From assembly GCA_965248445.1 (NCBI GenBank), contig CBDFJG010000003.1, forward strand, positions 1,696,001 through 1,760,000: a stretch of 64,000 nt of DNA, read 5' to 3'. Every line of letters starts with the position of its first letter. The stretch's first letter is position 1. The notes below the pieces were generated by a model. The model worked only from the letters and a program-made list of their open reading frames with translations. It ran no database searches and was not told where the DNA came from. Shown one piece after another: positions 1 to 8,853 of this stretch. A program made the position numbers and the translations under genes. The DNA comes from Planctomycetota bacterium. GTDB taxonomy: Bacteria > Planctomycetota > JAJSAM01 > JAJVHW01.

Positions 1-207
1 AAGACGGAGGAGGTCTGGGGCTGGCAGGGAGACGTCAGCGTCTGGGAGCCCGGCGATGCTCTGATCGACAACTCTGTCACAGGCCGCTTGGCTGTCCAGT
101 TGCACGTCGCGCCACCCGCACGCCCCCACAAGTTGACGTGGCGCCTCTCGCTCGCCGGACCCAATACGCCCGTCACTCTCGTCTGCGACGTCACGCGATC
201 GGAGTAG
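1..207 (+). CDS. 3' end of a hypothetical protein (runs off the window)
   Basis: Open frame from base 1 (KTEEVWGWQGDVSVWEPG...TLVCDVTRSE) to TAG at 205-207. Confidence 0.5.
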   Translation, partial: KTEEVWGWQGDVSVWEPGDALIDNSVTGRLAVQLHVAPPARPHKLTWRLSLAGPNTPVTLVCDVTRSE

Positions 208-247
208 CCCGACGTTCGCGGACCGGCCGGCGCGTTATCGTACGTCC

Positions 248-1723
248 GTGCGCGCTCCCCTCCTGATCGTCGCAGCGCTCCTGGCGCTCGGAGCGCTCGC
301 CGTAACCGCAGTTCTGCTGACCATGGGATCGCCCGGCGAACCGGACGGCGCAACCGCAATCGAACGCGAGCAGCGGCCGGACCGCCCACAGCGCACGGAG
401 CAGCCCGCGCGAGAGCGCTATCCGGCGGGCGGACGCGACGTCGCCGGCACCGTGACGAACGACCGGGGATACCCGCTCCGCGGTGCCACCGTCGAGGCGG
501 GCGAGATGACGACGACGACCGACGACGACGGGCGGTTCCTGCTCACGGGCGTCAGTCCGCGCGTCCGAGAGATCGTCGTGCGGGCCGACGGAGTGGCGAC
601 GAAGACGATCCCGATCGGCCGGCGCGACGAACTCGTCACGGCGAAGCTCCACCGCGTGCGGAGGGTCGATGTCTCGGTGGAGTTGCCGGACGGCCTCGTT
701 CCGGCGGGCGGGCGCCTGATGGTGCGACCGTGGCGAACCGAGGAGCACGAAGTCGTGCTCGAGGCGGACGGGACGCACCCACCTCTCGAGCTCATCCACC
801 GGCTCACACGTATCACGTTCCCCGCACAGCGCGTCGGCGGCGTGCCGCTGCAGCGCGCGCAGACATCCGTGAGTGCGAGCGGCAACAAGCCCGCGACTCT
901 GCGGCCGGAGCGCGGCGCGGCGATCAGCGGCAGGGTCCTGGATCCGGACGGACGTCCGGTCAAGAGCGCACTGGTGCAGGCGAGACGCTACGAGAGCGGC
1001 AAGTTCCCGATCCGCGACAGCGCCGAGACCGACTCCAACGGCTGGTTCGAGGTGATCATCGACCCGGGTGCCAAAACCTCGCTGCGCACCATCACGCAGT
1101 CCGAGAGAGGGGCCACCGGCTTCCGCTTCGCAACGTCGATCGTCCAGGCCGAAGCAGGCGACAGCAACCTCGAGATCCGCTTGAAGCAGGGGCTGACCAC
1201 GACGGGTGCGGTCGAACTACCGGACGGTACGCCCGCCCGGCGCGTGCGTCTCGCCGTGACGCGCAACTCCCGGCGTCCCGGCGGCGGCACGAGCGAGGTC
1301 GGCACGACCGTGGTGACCGACAGTGACGGCCGGTTCCGCATCGGCGGCCTGATCCAGGGGTACTACTGGATAGACGTTCCGCCGGACGTGGCGGAGGCCA
1401 AGAACTGGGTCCTCCGCACAGAACTCTGCGCCGGGTCGACAGACGTCGTGTTGCCGATCAGCAAGTCCCTCAGAGTCTCCGGCACGCTGCTCGACGAGCG
1501 CGGCGAGCCCGTCTACACGATGAACCTGACCCTCAACGACGGCAAGGTCGGCCGCTCGCTTCGATCACGCACGAACAGGTCGGGCGAATTCGTCGTGAAG
1601 GGTGTGCCACCCGGCGAGTACACCGCGTCTGCGACTGTCCCTGGACGCTCGGGCTGGGTGTCACTCGGCACGGTTCGAGCCGGTAGCGAGGACGTCGAAC
1701 TCCGCGTCCCGCCCGCCCGCTGA
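248..1723 (+). CDS. Membrane-anchored protein with carboxypeptidase-regulatory-like beta-sandwich repeats
   Basis: N-terminal hydrophobic anchor; repeated G-x-V-x-D-x-x-G-x-P ... T-D-x-x-G-x-F motifs (GTVTNDRGYP/TTDDDGRF, GRVLDPDGRP/TDSNGWF, TDSDGRF, TNRSGEF). Confidence 0.8.
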   Translation: MRAPLLIVAALLALGALAVTAVLLTMGSPGEPDGATAIEREQRPDRPQRTEQPARERYPAGGRDVAGTVTNDRGYPLRGATVEAGEMTTTTDDDGRFLLTGVSPRVREIVVRADGVATKTIPIGRRDELVTAKLHRVRRVDVSVELPDGLVPAGGRLMVRPWRTEEHEVVLEADGTHPPLELIHRLTRITFPAQRVGGVPLQRAQTSVSASGNKPATLRPERGAAISGRVLDPDGRPVKSALVQARRYESGKFPIRDSAETDSNGWFEVIIDPGAKTSLRTITQSERGATGFRFATSIVQAEAGDSNLEIRLKQGLTTTGAVELPDGTPARRVRLAVTRNSRRPGGGTSEVGTTVVTDSDGRFRIGGLIQGYYWIDVPPDVAEAKNWVLRTELCAGSTDVVLPISKSLRVSGTLLDERGEPVYTMNLTLNDGKVGRSLRSRTNRSGEFVVKGVPPGEYTASATVPGRSGWVSLGTVRAGSEDVELRVPPAR

Positions 1724-1766
1724 GAGCGGTTTCTCGGAATGCCCCTAAACCGACCCACCGTACTAG

Positions 1767-3462
1767 CCTGCATAATTCATCACGCCACGCCCGGAACGTA
1801 GATTCGGGCGCACCGCGCATTGCATAAACTGTTGTTAGAGCAATAGTTACACAGATGCGAGAGGTACGCCCGAGTGACGAATTCTACCCCACACACTGTC
1901 CGGTTTCCCGATCTCTTCGGGAAGGTCACCACGGCCGTGTTCGACGGCGAAGCGCACACGTCCGAGGGAGGCGCGGGACTGCTGCGCGCGGTGGACCGTC
2001 GAATGGGAGTGACCGCAGGTCTGGCTGCGCTGTTGGTGGATCGTCGTGACCCGACGCGGGTGCAGCACTCGTTGGAGGAGCTCTTTCGGCAGCGCGTCTT
2101 CTCGATCGGCCTGGGCTACAGCGACCAGAACGACGCGGCTCGCGTGGGCACCGACCCGATGCTCAAGGGGGTCACGGGCCGCGCGCCGATCAAGGGCGCC
2201 GACCTGGCGTCTCAGGCGACGCTGTCGCGCTTCGAGAACGCGGTCACGGCGCACGAGCTCGTGGCCTTGTCGCGCAAGCTCGAGGAGGACGTGATCGAGC
2301 GTCTTTGCGCTCGCCACCGGGGGGCCCGGCGCATCACGATCGACATGGACCCGAGCTGTGACCCGACCCACGGTGCACAGCAGGGAGCGCTCTTCAACGG
2401 CTTCTACGACACGTGGTGCTACCTGCCGGTTTTCGGCTTCCTCACGGTCGACGGCGATCCGGAGCAGTACCTTTTCTGTGCGCGGCTGCGGCCGGGCAAC
2501 GCGAAGGAGGGCCGCACGTCGCTGCGGACGATCCGCCGGATGGTGAAGCGACTTCGGCGTGCGTTTCCGCGCACGCAGATCCTCGTGCGCCTGGACAGCG
2601 GCTTCGCCGGCTCGCGGCTCTTCGACGCGCTGGACGAACTCGGCGTGAAGTACGTGGTCGGGATGCCCAAGAACAAGCGGCTCCTGGATCTGTGCGACGC
2701 CGAGATGACAGCGGCTGCGGTGCTGGCGGCGATGGAAGACAAGACGGCGCAGATCTACGGCGACTGCGAGTACCGGGCGAAGAGCTGGAGCAGGTCCCGC
2801 CGCGTGGTCTTCAAGGCGCAAGTGCTGGTCGCCACCGGGAAGGTGAACAAGGACAACGCGCGCTTCGTGGTCACCAACGTCTCGCGCAGCTACAAGCCCG
2901 AGACGACCTACTGCAAGACCTACTGCGGTCGCGGCGACGCCGAGAACCGCATCAAGGAACTCAAGGGTGGCCTGGCGGTGGATCGCACGAGCAACTCGAG
3001 CTTCCTGGCGAACCAGTTCCGCGTGCTGATGACCGCGGCGGCCTACGTACTCTTCCAGGAGTTACGCTACCAGTTGCGCGGCACCACGGCCGCAGTCTGG
3101 CAGGTGCACACGATCCGCGAACGGCTGCTCAAGATCGGCGCCCGCGTCGTGGAATCGGTGCGCCGCGTCGTCGTGCATCTCGCGGCGGCCTGCCCATGGC
3201 GCGAGCTGTGGTGCCGCGTCGCGCGAAGGCTCGGCGCTGCGCCGGTCTGAGCGCAGCCGATGGCCAGAAGAACGACACGCTTCCGGCTACCGGTCCGTCC
3301 AGACCTCGTCCGCGCGGCGGCAAATGGACTTGAACGCCCCCTCGGAACGAAGATCCCGCCGTCCGAGACCCCGCCGACCTCGGTGAACGCCGCAAGTCGA
3401 GCGCCCGGGCGCTCGGACCGGCCGAGGGACGCCATCGCGAGCGTCGTCATGAATAGTGCGGG
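1767..3462 (+). mobile_element. IS1380-family insertion sequence, copy A1
   Basis: Imperfect IRs CCTGCATAATTCAT (1767-1780) and ATGAATAGTGCGGG (3449-3462); preceded by CTAG; second copy at 53418-55113. Confidence 0.92.
1874..3250 (+). CDS. IS1380-family DDE transposase
   Basis: FDG...SEGG, LASQATLSRFEN, IDMD, HGAQQGALFNGFY, RLDSGF, Y..RGDAENRIKELK motifs. Confidence 0.95.
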   Translation: MTNSTPHTVRFPDLFGKVTTAVFDGEAHTSEGGAGLLRAVDRRMGVTAGLAALLVDRRDPTRVQHSLEELFRQRVFSIGLGYSDQNDAARVGTDPMLKGVTGRAPIKGADLASQATLSRFENAVTAHELVALSRKLEEDVIERLCARHRGARRITIDMDPSCDPTHGAQQGALFNGFYDTWCYLPVFGFLTVDGDPEQYLFCARLRPGNAKEGRTSLRTIRRMVKRLRRAFPRTQILVRLDSGFAGSRLFDALDELGVKYVVGMPKNKRLLDLCDAEMTAAAVLAAMEDKTAQIYGDCEYRAKSWSRSRRVVFKAQVLVATGKVNKDNARFVVTNVSRSYKPETTYCKTYCGRGDAENRIKELKGGLAVDRTSNSSFLANQFRVLMTAAAYVLFQELRYQLRGTTAAVWQVHTIRERLLKIGARVVESVRRVVVHLAAACPWRELWCRVARRLGAAPV

Positions 3463-4556
3463 CAGGGGCTCCCCCCTTCGCTCAGGTTGAGCGTCCGATC
3501 GGGTGACTAACATCGCACTTACAAGGAGGTGCGATGACCGGTGCCATGATCCCCTTTGCGCGCGACGACTCGCTGCCGGGCACACTCGCCGAGTTTGTCG
3601 TGAGGTTCTCCGACGAAGATCGGTGTGCAGCCCTGCTGCGCCGGTGGAAGTACGGCGAGGGCGGCTTCCGCTGTCCAGCGTGCGGCGGCGAGGAGGCGTG
3701 GTTCCTGCCGTCACGCCGGCTCGACGAGTGTTGTGCCTGCCACAAGCAGGTTTCGCTCACCGCCGGCACCGTCATGCACGGGTCTCGCAAGCCGCTACGG
3801 CTGTGGTTCCTGGCCATGTATCTGTTCGTGTCGAGCAAGCGAGGCATCTCCGCACTCGAGCTGCAGCGCGAGCTTGGACTGGCCAAGTACCAGACCGCTT
3901 GGACATGGCTGCACAAGTTGCGAAACGCCATCGCGATGCGATCCACCGCGCCGCTGCGCGGACACCTCGAGATCGACGAGACCTGGGAAGGCGGACTGCG
4001 ACATGGCCGGCCGGGGCGTCCCAAGGTCGGCGACCGCAGCGCGCTGGTCATGGGAGCCGTCGAGATCTCACCGCGTCACGCCCTCATCGGTCGCATCCGT
4101 CTCGAATCCATCGCCGATGGTTCGGCTGACACGGTCAAGGCGTTCCTCGAGCAGCACGTCGCCGCACGCTCAGTGCTGTTCACCGACGACTGGCGTAGCT
4201 ATCGAAAGCCGGCTGACGACTTGGAGCACGACCATCGACCGACCAACGTGTCGAAGTCCGACGACGAGGCACACGTTGTGCTACCTGCGATCCACCGCGT
4301 CTTCTCGCTGCTCCATCGCGTGCTCTTGGGCACGTTCCAGGGCGGCGTGCGACGCAAGTACCTCCCCAGCTACCTGGCGGAGTTCGAGTTCCGGTTCAAC
4401 CGACGCACATCGAAGCGACGTGGACTGCTGTTCCAACGACTACTCGCCTGCGCCGTGCGGCGATGCCCTCCCTTCCACTGGGAGATCGTTGGGCGAACCG
4501 ATGCGCGCACGCCACTCGCCGCCGCAGCCTGACCTGAGTGAAGAGGGGATCCCCTG
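3463..4556 (+). mobile_element. IS1595-family insertion sequence
   Basis: 25-bp IRs with 3 mismatches: CAGGGGCTCCCCCCTTCGCTCAGGT (3463-3487) and ACCTGAGTGAAGAGGGGATCCCCTG (4532-4556). Confidence 0.88.
3534..4532 (+). CDS. IS1595-family transposase
   Basis: Zn ribbon CPAC...CCAC, SKRGISALELQREL, EIDET, TDD, YLAEFEFRFNRR. Confidence 0.93.
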   Translation: MTGAMIPFARDDSLPGTLAEFVVRFSDEDRCAALLRRWKYGEGGFRCPACGGEEAWFLPSRRLDECCACHKQVSLTAGTVMHGSRKPLRLWFLAMYLFVSSKRGISALELQRELGLAKYQTAWTWLHKLRNAIAMRSTAPLRGHLEIDETWEGGLRHGRPGRPKVGDRSALVMGAVEISPRHALIGRIRLESIADGSADTVKAFLEQHVAARSVLFTDDWRSYRKPADDLEHDHRPTNVSKSDDEAHVVLPAIHRVFSLLHRVLLGTFQGGVRRKYLPSYLAEFEFRFNRRTSKRRGLLFQRLLACAVRRCPPFHWEIVGRTDARTPLAAAA

Positions 4557-4562
4557 TAGGGG

Positions 4563-5129
4563 CTAGTCGCCCGGGTCCGGATCGCTTTCGCTCGCCGCGC
4601 CTCCCTGGTGGTCTGGCAGCTCATCGAGCGCGCCGGACACGAGGCGCCACAACAGTTCGCCGAACAGCTCCATCGTGGCCCGCGCGTAGGTTCGGTCGCG
4701 GTGCTGCTCGGCCGGTACGGGCTCGACCTCGTGCTCGTAGCGATCGAGGCCGTGCTCTGCGCCGATGGCAAGGCGGGCCGCCTGCAGGCCGCTGATCCAC
4801 GCGTCGCGGTGCTTGCCAGGGATCTCCAGGCGGCCGTCGCCCTCGTTCGTGCAGGTCATCGCCAGCAGGTGCAGGTCCCGGGCGATGACCTCCTGCGCAG
4901 ACCCGAGCAGGTGGAACAACTCCGGGTGCATGAGCTTGCGCCACTCGTCGTTTGCTTCCTCATCCGTGGCCGAGACGTCGGGGAACAGCCGCTTCTTCAC
5001 GGCCGGCGGTCCGTTTGCGTCGAGCGACGCCGGCAGGGTCAGGAGGACCGCCGCGAGCCCTCGCGAGACGTTCGTCAGGTCGAGACCCCCGTCATCCCGC
5101 ATGGCGACGTTCGCGCCTTCGTCGCTCAC
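4563..5129 (-). CDS. DUF2017-like protein (usual clpS neighbour)
   Basis: RLFPD...DEW...PEL and W...L..ARL.IG motifs; GTG start overlaps the clpS stop (GTGA). Confidence 0.75.
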   Translation of the reverse strand: MSDEGANVAMRDDGGLDLTNVSRGLAAVLLTLPASLDANGPPAVKKRLFPDVSATDEEANDEWRKLMHPELFHLLGSAQEVIARDLHLLAMTCTNEGDGRLEIPGKHRDAWISGLQAARLAIGAEHGLDRYEHEVEPVPAEQHRDRTYARATMELFGELLWRLVSGALDELPDHQGGAASESDPDPGD

Positions 5130-5437
5130 TCTTCGACCTGTTCGATGGTTGCCTTGATGAACGCCGCGTGGAGCTTGTGGACGTACAGCTCGGCCTTCTC
5201 GCGGGATCCCGTCCATACGACGGACCGTCCGCTCTCGTGGACCTCACTCATCAGGCGCTGCGCCTTCGCGAGCGAGTAGCCGAACACACGCTGGAACACC
5301 ATGGTGACGTACGTCATGAGGGTGATCGGGTCGTCGTGCGCGATCACGTTCCACGGTCGCGCGAGTGATGTGACGACCACCGGCTCGACGATGACGCCGG
5401 GCTCGGACGTGGAGGCGAAGGGCCGGGTGGGTGACAC
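5126..5437 (-). CDS. clpS: Clp protease adaptor ClpS
   Basis: PWNVIAHDDPITLMTYVTMVFQRVFGY...LMSEVHESGRSVV...EKAELYVHKLH. Confidence 0.92.
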   Translation of the reverse strand: MSPTRPFASTSEPGVIVEPVVVTSLARPWNVIAHDDPITLMTYVTMVFQRVFGYSLAKAQRLMSEVHESGRSVVWTGSREKAELYVHKLHAAFIKATIEQVEE

Positions 5438-5477
5438 GTTCGGATCGTATCCGACGCCTCGCACTAGACTGCTCTGG

Positions 5478-5996
5478 ATGAAGACCCCAACGCTGACGCT
5501 CCTGCTCGCCGCCGCTCTCGCTCTCGGACACCTCCCTGGCTGCGCCGGGGAGGCCGACAGGCCGGATGACCGCCCGGATGACCGCCCCGGGGAGCGTTCC
5601 GCCCAACCGGCCAAGCCGCCGGCCGACCTGCAGGTCGGCGACACGTTCACCATCCCATCAGGACAGAGGGGCGTGCCGGGCATCACCGTGGACGTGGCTG
5701 CCGTCGGCGCCGGCCCACGGTGCGGAAAGGGCCGTCGGGCGAGCGTCCATTACATCCTGACGCTCGCCGATGGGAGCGAGATCGAGAGTTCGCGCAAGAG
5801 CGGCACGCCGTTCCCGTTCGTGGTCGGCTCACCCGGCGCGATCGAGGGCTGGCAGCTCATCGCCGAGCAGATGCGCGTCGGTGACCGCTGGAACGTCGTC
5901 GTCCCCTATCAGCTCGCCTACGGCGAGCGCGGCGGACAGGGCATGGCGCCACGCACCAATCTGCACTTCGACATGGAGTTGATGGGCATCCGCTAG
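5478..5996 (+). CDS. FKBP-type peptidyl-prolyl isomerase, probable lipoprotein
   Basis: Signal peptide with LPGC lipobox; VHY..TL.DG..IESS, IEGW...MRVGDR..VVVP..LAYG, L.FDMEL. Confidence 0.9.
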   Translation: MKTPTLTLLLAAALALGHLPGCAGEADRPDDRPDDRPGERSAQPAKPPADLQVGDTFTIPSGQRGVPGITVDVAAVGAGPRCGKGRRASVHYILTLADGSEIESSRKSGTPFPFVVGSPGAIEGWQLIAEQMRVGDRWNVVVPYQLAYGERGGQGMAPRTNLHFDMELMGIR

Positions 5997-6613
5997 TCCG
6001 CGTGAAGACGCCGGGCGCGCACGCCGTCGAGGCCGTGGTACGTCACGAAGATCGTGCCCGCCGCCGCGTATTGCTCGAACAGGTCGTCGAAGAACCCCTC
6101 TGCACCGGGCCACGGGTACGCGTACACCACTTCGAACTCGTCGAGGTCGCGGCCGAGATCGTCGTACGCGTCGGCGCCCTCGGCGATCGTCGATCGCTCG
6201 GTCTCCATCGTCTCGGGGTCGGGATCGAAACCGTCCGGCACGAAGCTCCCCGCGCAGATCTCGGCGTGAACGTCCGCTGCGGCGAGCACCTCCCGCGCGG
6301 CGTCCGCGAGACGGGGGACGATCTCGATGCCGTGCGCGCGCCAGCCGCGGAGTGCCGCGAGTCCAGTCACGAGCCCGGCCGCGGCGCCCCACTCGAGGAA
6401 CAGTGGCCGTTTCGCCAGATGCGTTTCGAGCGCCGCGAACGCCGCGTCCACGACGACCGGATCGGCGGGAGCGAACGAGGGCAGTTCCTCCCGCAGTCCG
6501 GCGGCGAGGAGTGCATCGAGCCGCGCGTCGGCGAGCGCCGCGAACGGCGCAGCCCGCTCGCCGAGCCCGTGCCCAGCGTGCTCCGCGAGTTCGATGTCCT
6601 CGAAGCGCGACAT
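5993..6613 (-). CDS. Class I SAM-dependent methyltransferase
   Basis: FLEWGAAAG motif I, GIEI motif II, VVYAYPWP; ATG overlaps the upstream stop (TGATG). Confidence 0.75.
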   Translation of the reverse strand: MSRFEDIELAEHAGHGLGERAAPFAALADARLDALLAAGLREELPSFAPADPVVVDAAFAALETHLAKRPLFLEWGAAAGLVTGLAALRGWRAHGIEIVPRLADAAREVLAAADVHAEICAGSFVPDGFDPDPETMETERSTIAEGADAYDDLGRDLDEFEVVYAYPWPGAEGFFDDLFEQYAAAGTIFVTYHGLDGVRARRLHAD

Positions 6614-7986
6614 CAGAGCGCTCCCCGGAAACGGATCTCGATGAGCTTCTGACCCTCGAAGTCGAGCGTCTTCTTCGATCCATCCCGCGCGAAGCCCGCC
6701 GCCTCGTAGAAGCGGTGCGTCTTCATGTTCTTGTCGAGCACCCACACGACGGCCCCCCGAAAGCCGAGGCGGCGCAGTCCCATCAGCGTGTAGCTGTAGA
6801 GTCGGCGCCCGAGCCCGGTGCCGATGACCGACGGCTCGACGTAGATCGCGTACACCTCGCCGACGTCGGTGCTCAGGTCGTCATCCCGCGCCGGTCCGCT
6901 GACGGCGAACCCGAGCAAGTCGCCGCCCCGCACGAGTACCCAGATGCGGCGGTCGGGCACGTCCGTCCTCCGTATCCACTTCTCGTGATGCGCCGCGCGC
7001 GTCTTCGCGTCGAGCCGGTCGAGATACGCCTGCGGCATCTGACCGCGGTACGCGTGCTGCCAGGCGCGCACGTGCAGAGACCCGAGGGCCGGCGCATCGG
7101 ACACGACCGCTCTGCGGATCGTCGTGCGCGGCGCCTGCGCTCGTTTTCGACCCCGCGGCTTGGGCTGACAGCGCGTGCAGAGGTGCGTGCCGCGCTGGCC
7201 GACGACGATGCGCTTGATCGCACGGCCGCACGTCGTGCACGGTTCGCCCTCGCGGCCGTAGACGCGGAACAGATGCTGATACGAGCCGGGATTGCCCTCG
7301 GGGGTGCGATAGAACGGATCGAAGCTCGAGCCCTCGCGCTCGATGGCCTCGGACAGCACAGTTTGCAGCACGACGTGTAATCGCTGCGCGCGGGCACGCG
7401 TCACACGGTCGCTTCTGCACTCTGGATGCAGACCGGCGCGGTGCAGTGACTCGTCGACGTAGATGTTGCCGAGGCCGGCGACGAACGTCTGGTCGAGCAG
7501 CAGCGGCTTCAGCGTCGCCCGGCGGCCGCGCAGAGCGGCGGTGAAGACCGCCTCGGTGAACCCGGGATCGAGCGGTTCGGGACCCAGATGATCGAGGAAC
7601 GCGTCCGCGTCGCGGGCGAACGTGAAGCGCCCGAACTTCCGAACGTCCACGAAGCGGAGCTGCCGGCCTCCCGACAGACGGAGCGCCACGCGGAGCCAGC
7701 GCGGATTCTCGTCGCGGGCGCGGTCCACCATCAGCCGGCCGCTCATCCGCAGGTGGACGACGACGGCACCGGCCGGGACCCGCTTGCGCCGCAGCTCCAC
7801 GATCACGTACTTCCCGCGGCGGCGGACACCTGCGATCCGCGCCCCGCGAACAGCCCTTCCGAAGGCCGCCCGCGTAGCCCCGCCGAGAGACCGCTCCCAG
7901 AGCACGCGCACGCCTTCGATCGTCCGGCCCCTGATCCCGGGGGCGATCATCCGCGCGACCGTCTCGACCTCGGGCAGCTCCGGCAA
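6613..7986 (-). CDS. mutM: Formamidopyrimidine-DNA glycosylase fused to a C-terminal GNAT acetyltransferase
   Basis: TTG start after GGAGG giving (M)PELPEVE; RRGKY, HLRMSG, D.RKFG, LLDQ..VAGLGNIYVDE, Zn finger CTTC/CTRCQP; then GNAT (IYV...GTGLGRRL, WVL..N....RFYE..GF). Confidence 0.92.
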   Translation of the reverse strand: MPELPEVETVARMIAPGIRGRTIEGVRVLWERSLGGATRAAFGRAVRGARIAGVRRRGKYVIVELRRKRVPAGAVVVHLRMSGRLMVDRARDENPRWLRVALRLSGGRQLRFVDVRKFGRFTFARDADAFLDHLGPEPLDPGFTEAVFTAALRGRRATLKPLLLDQTFVAGLGNIYVDESLHRAGLHPECRSDRVTRARAQRLHVVLQTVLSEAIEREGSSFDPFYRTPEGNPGSYQHLFRVYGREGEPCTTCGRAIKRIVVGQRGTHLCTRCQPKPRGRKRAQAPRTTIRRAVVSDAPALGSLHVRAWQHAYRGQMPQAYLDRLDAKTRAAHHEKWIRRTDVPDRRIWVLVRGGDLLGFAVSGPARDDDLSTDVGEVYAIYVEPSVIGTGLGRRLYSYTLMGLRRLGFRGAVVWVLDKNMKTHRFYEAAGFARDGSKKTLDFEGQKLIEIRFRGAL

Positions 7987-8035
7987 TTCGTCCTCCGGCG
8001 ACACGGTACCGGGCGGCCCGTTACGATGCGCCGAC

Positions 8036-8853
8036 ATGCGGGATGACGACGCGGCACCGGAGCCCTCGCACGAAGAGATCGTCGAGCGCGCGGCGCGCGA
8101 GCTCGCAGAACTCGAGCGGCCACCCAGCATGCTCAAGCGTGTGTCGGCGCGCGTGAGGGAGGGTGCTTCGCACCACATCCGACTCGCATTCGAGGAGGTC
8201 AAGGAGAGCCGCGAGGCGTGGAGTCTCCTCAGCGCGCGGGTGCGCACAGGCCGCAAGCTCGAACCCGCGGAGTCTGCGGCCGTGCGCCAGCAACTCATCG
8301 ACGTCATGAAGACGCTGCCGGCGGGCGTGCTCACCGCGGCGACGGGCGCGATCCCGTTCCCCGGAGCGATGCTGCTCGCGCCGTGGATGCTGCAGCGGCT
8401 CGGCCTTCTGCCGTCGCGCTGGCGCGAGGAGGCCGTGCTCGGCCGGCTGCGCGAACAGGCGGAGCACCTGCGCGAGGAAGGCGATCACATCGCCGCGGAG
8501 CGAATGGAGTGCCTGGTCACGGAGTTCGAATCGCGCAGCGAGGATCGCCACGAGATGGCGGAACAGACGACCATGCTCACTCACTGGGATCTCGACGGCA
8601 GCGGCGAGATCGAGGGGATGAGCGCGACGCGTACGACGCCGAGGTGGGGCGGGTGGCCGACCAGATTGCAGAGCGCGAGCATGATCGCTGCCTCTATCTG
8701 CAGCTTCACGGTCACATCGTCGGGCCGATGCGGATCGACGAGACGGAAGAGGCCGACCCGCAGCTGCCGCTGTTCGTCTGCATGGACGGCGAGACGGCGT
8801 GGGTGATGCTCTCCGACCTGCAAGCCGAGGTGGAGCGCCGCACGACTTCATGA
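8036..8853 (+). CDS. LETM1-like membrane protein with EF-hand and GYF_2-like tail (1-nt frameshift in the G run at ~8614-8617)
   Basis: GRKLEPAE...QLIDVMKTLP...IPFPGAMLLAP...LLPS resembles the LETM1 core; adding one G joins it to the frame ending at 8853 and gives DLDGSGEIEGDE. Confidence 0.65.

Noticed and set aside
5556..5589. Short 12-bp tandem repeat
   Set aside because: In-frame DRPD linker repeat in the FKBP lipoprotein; not CRISPR-like
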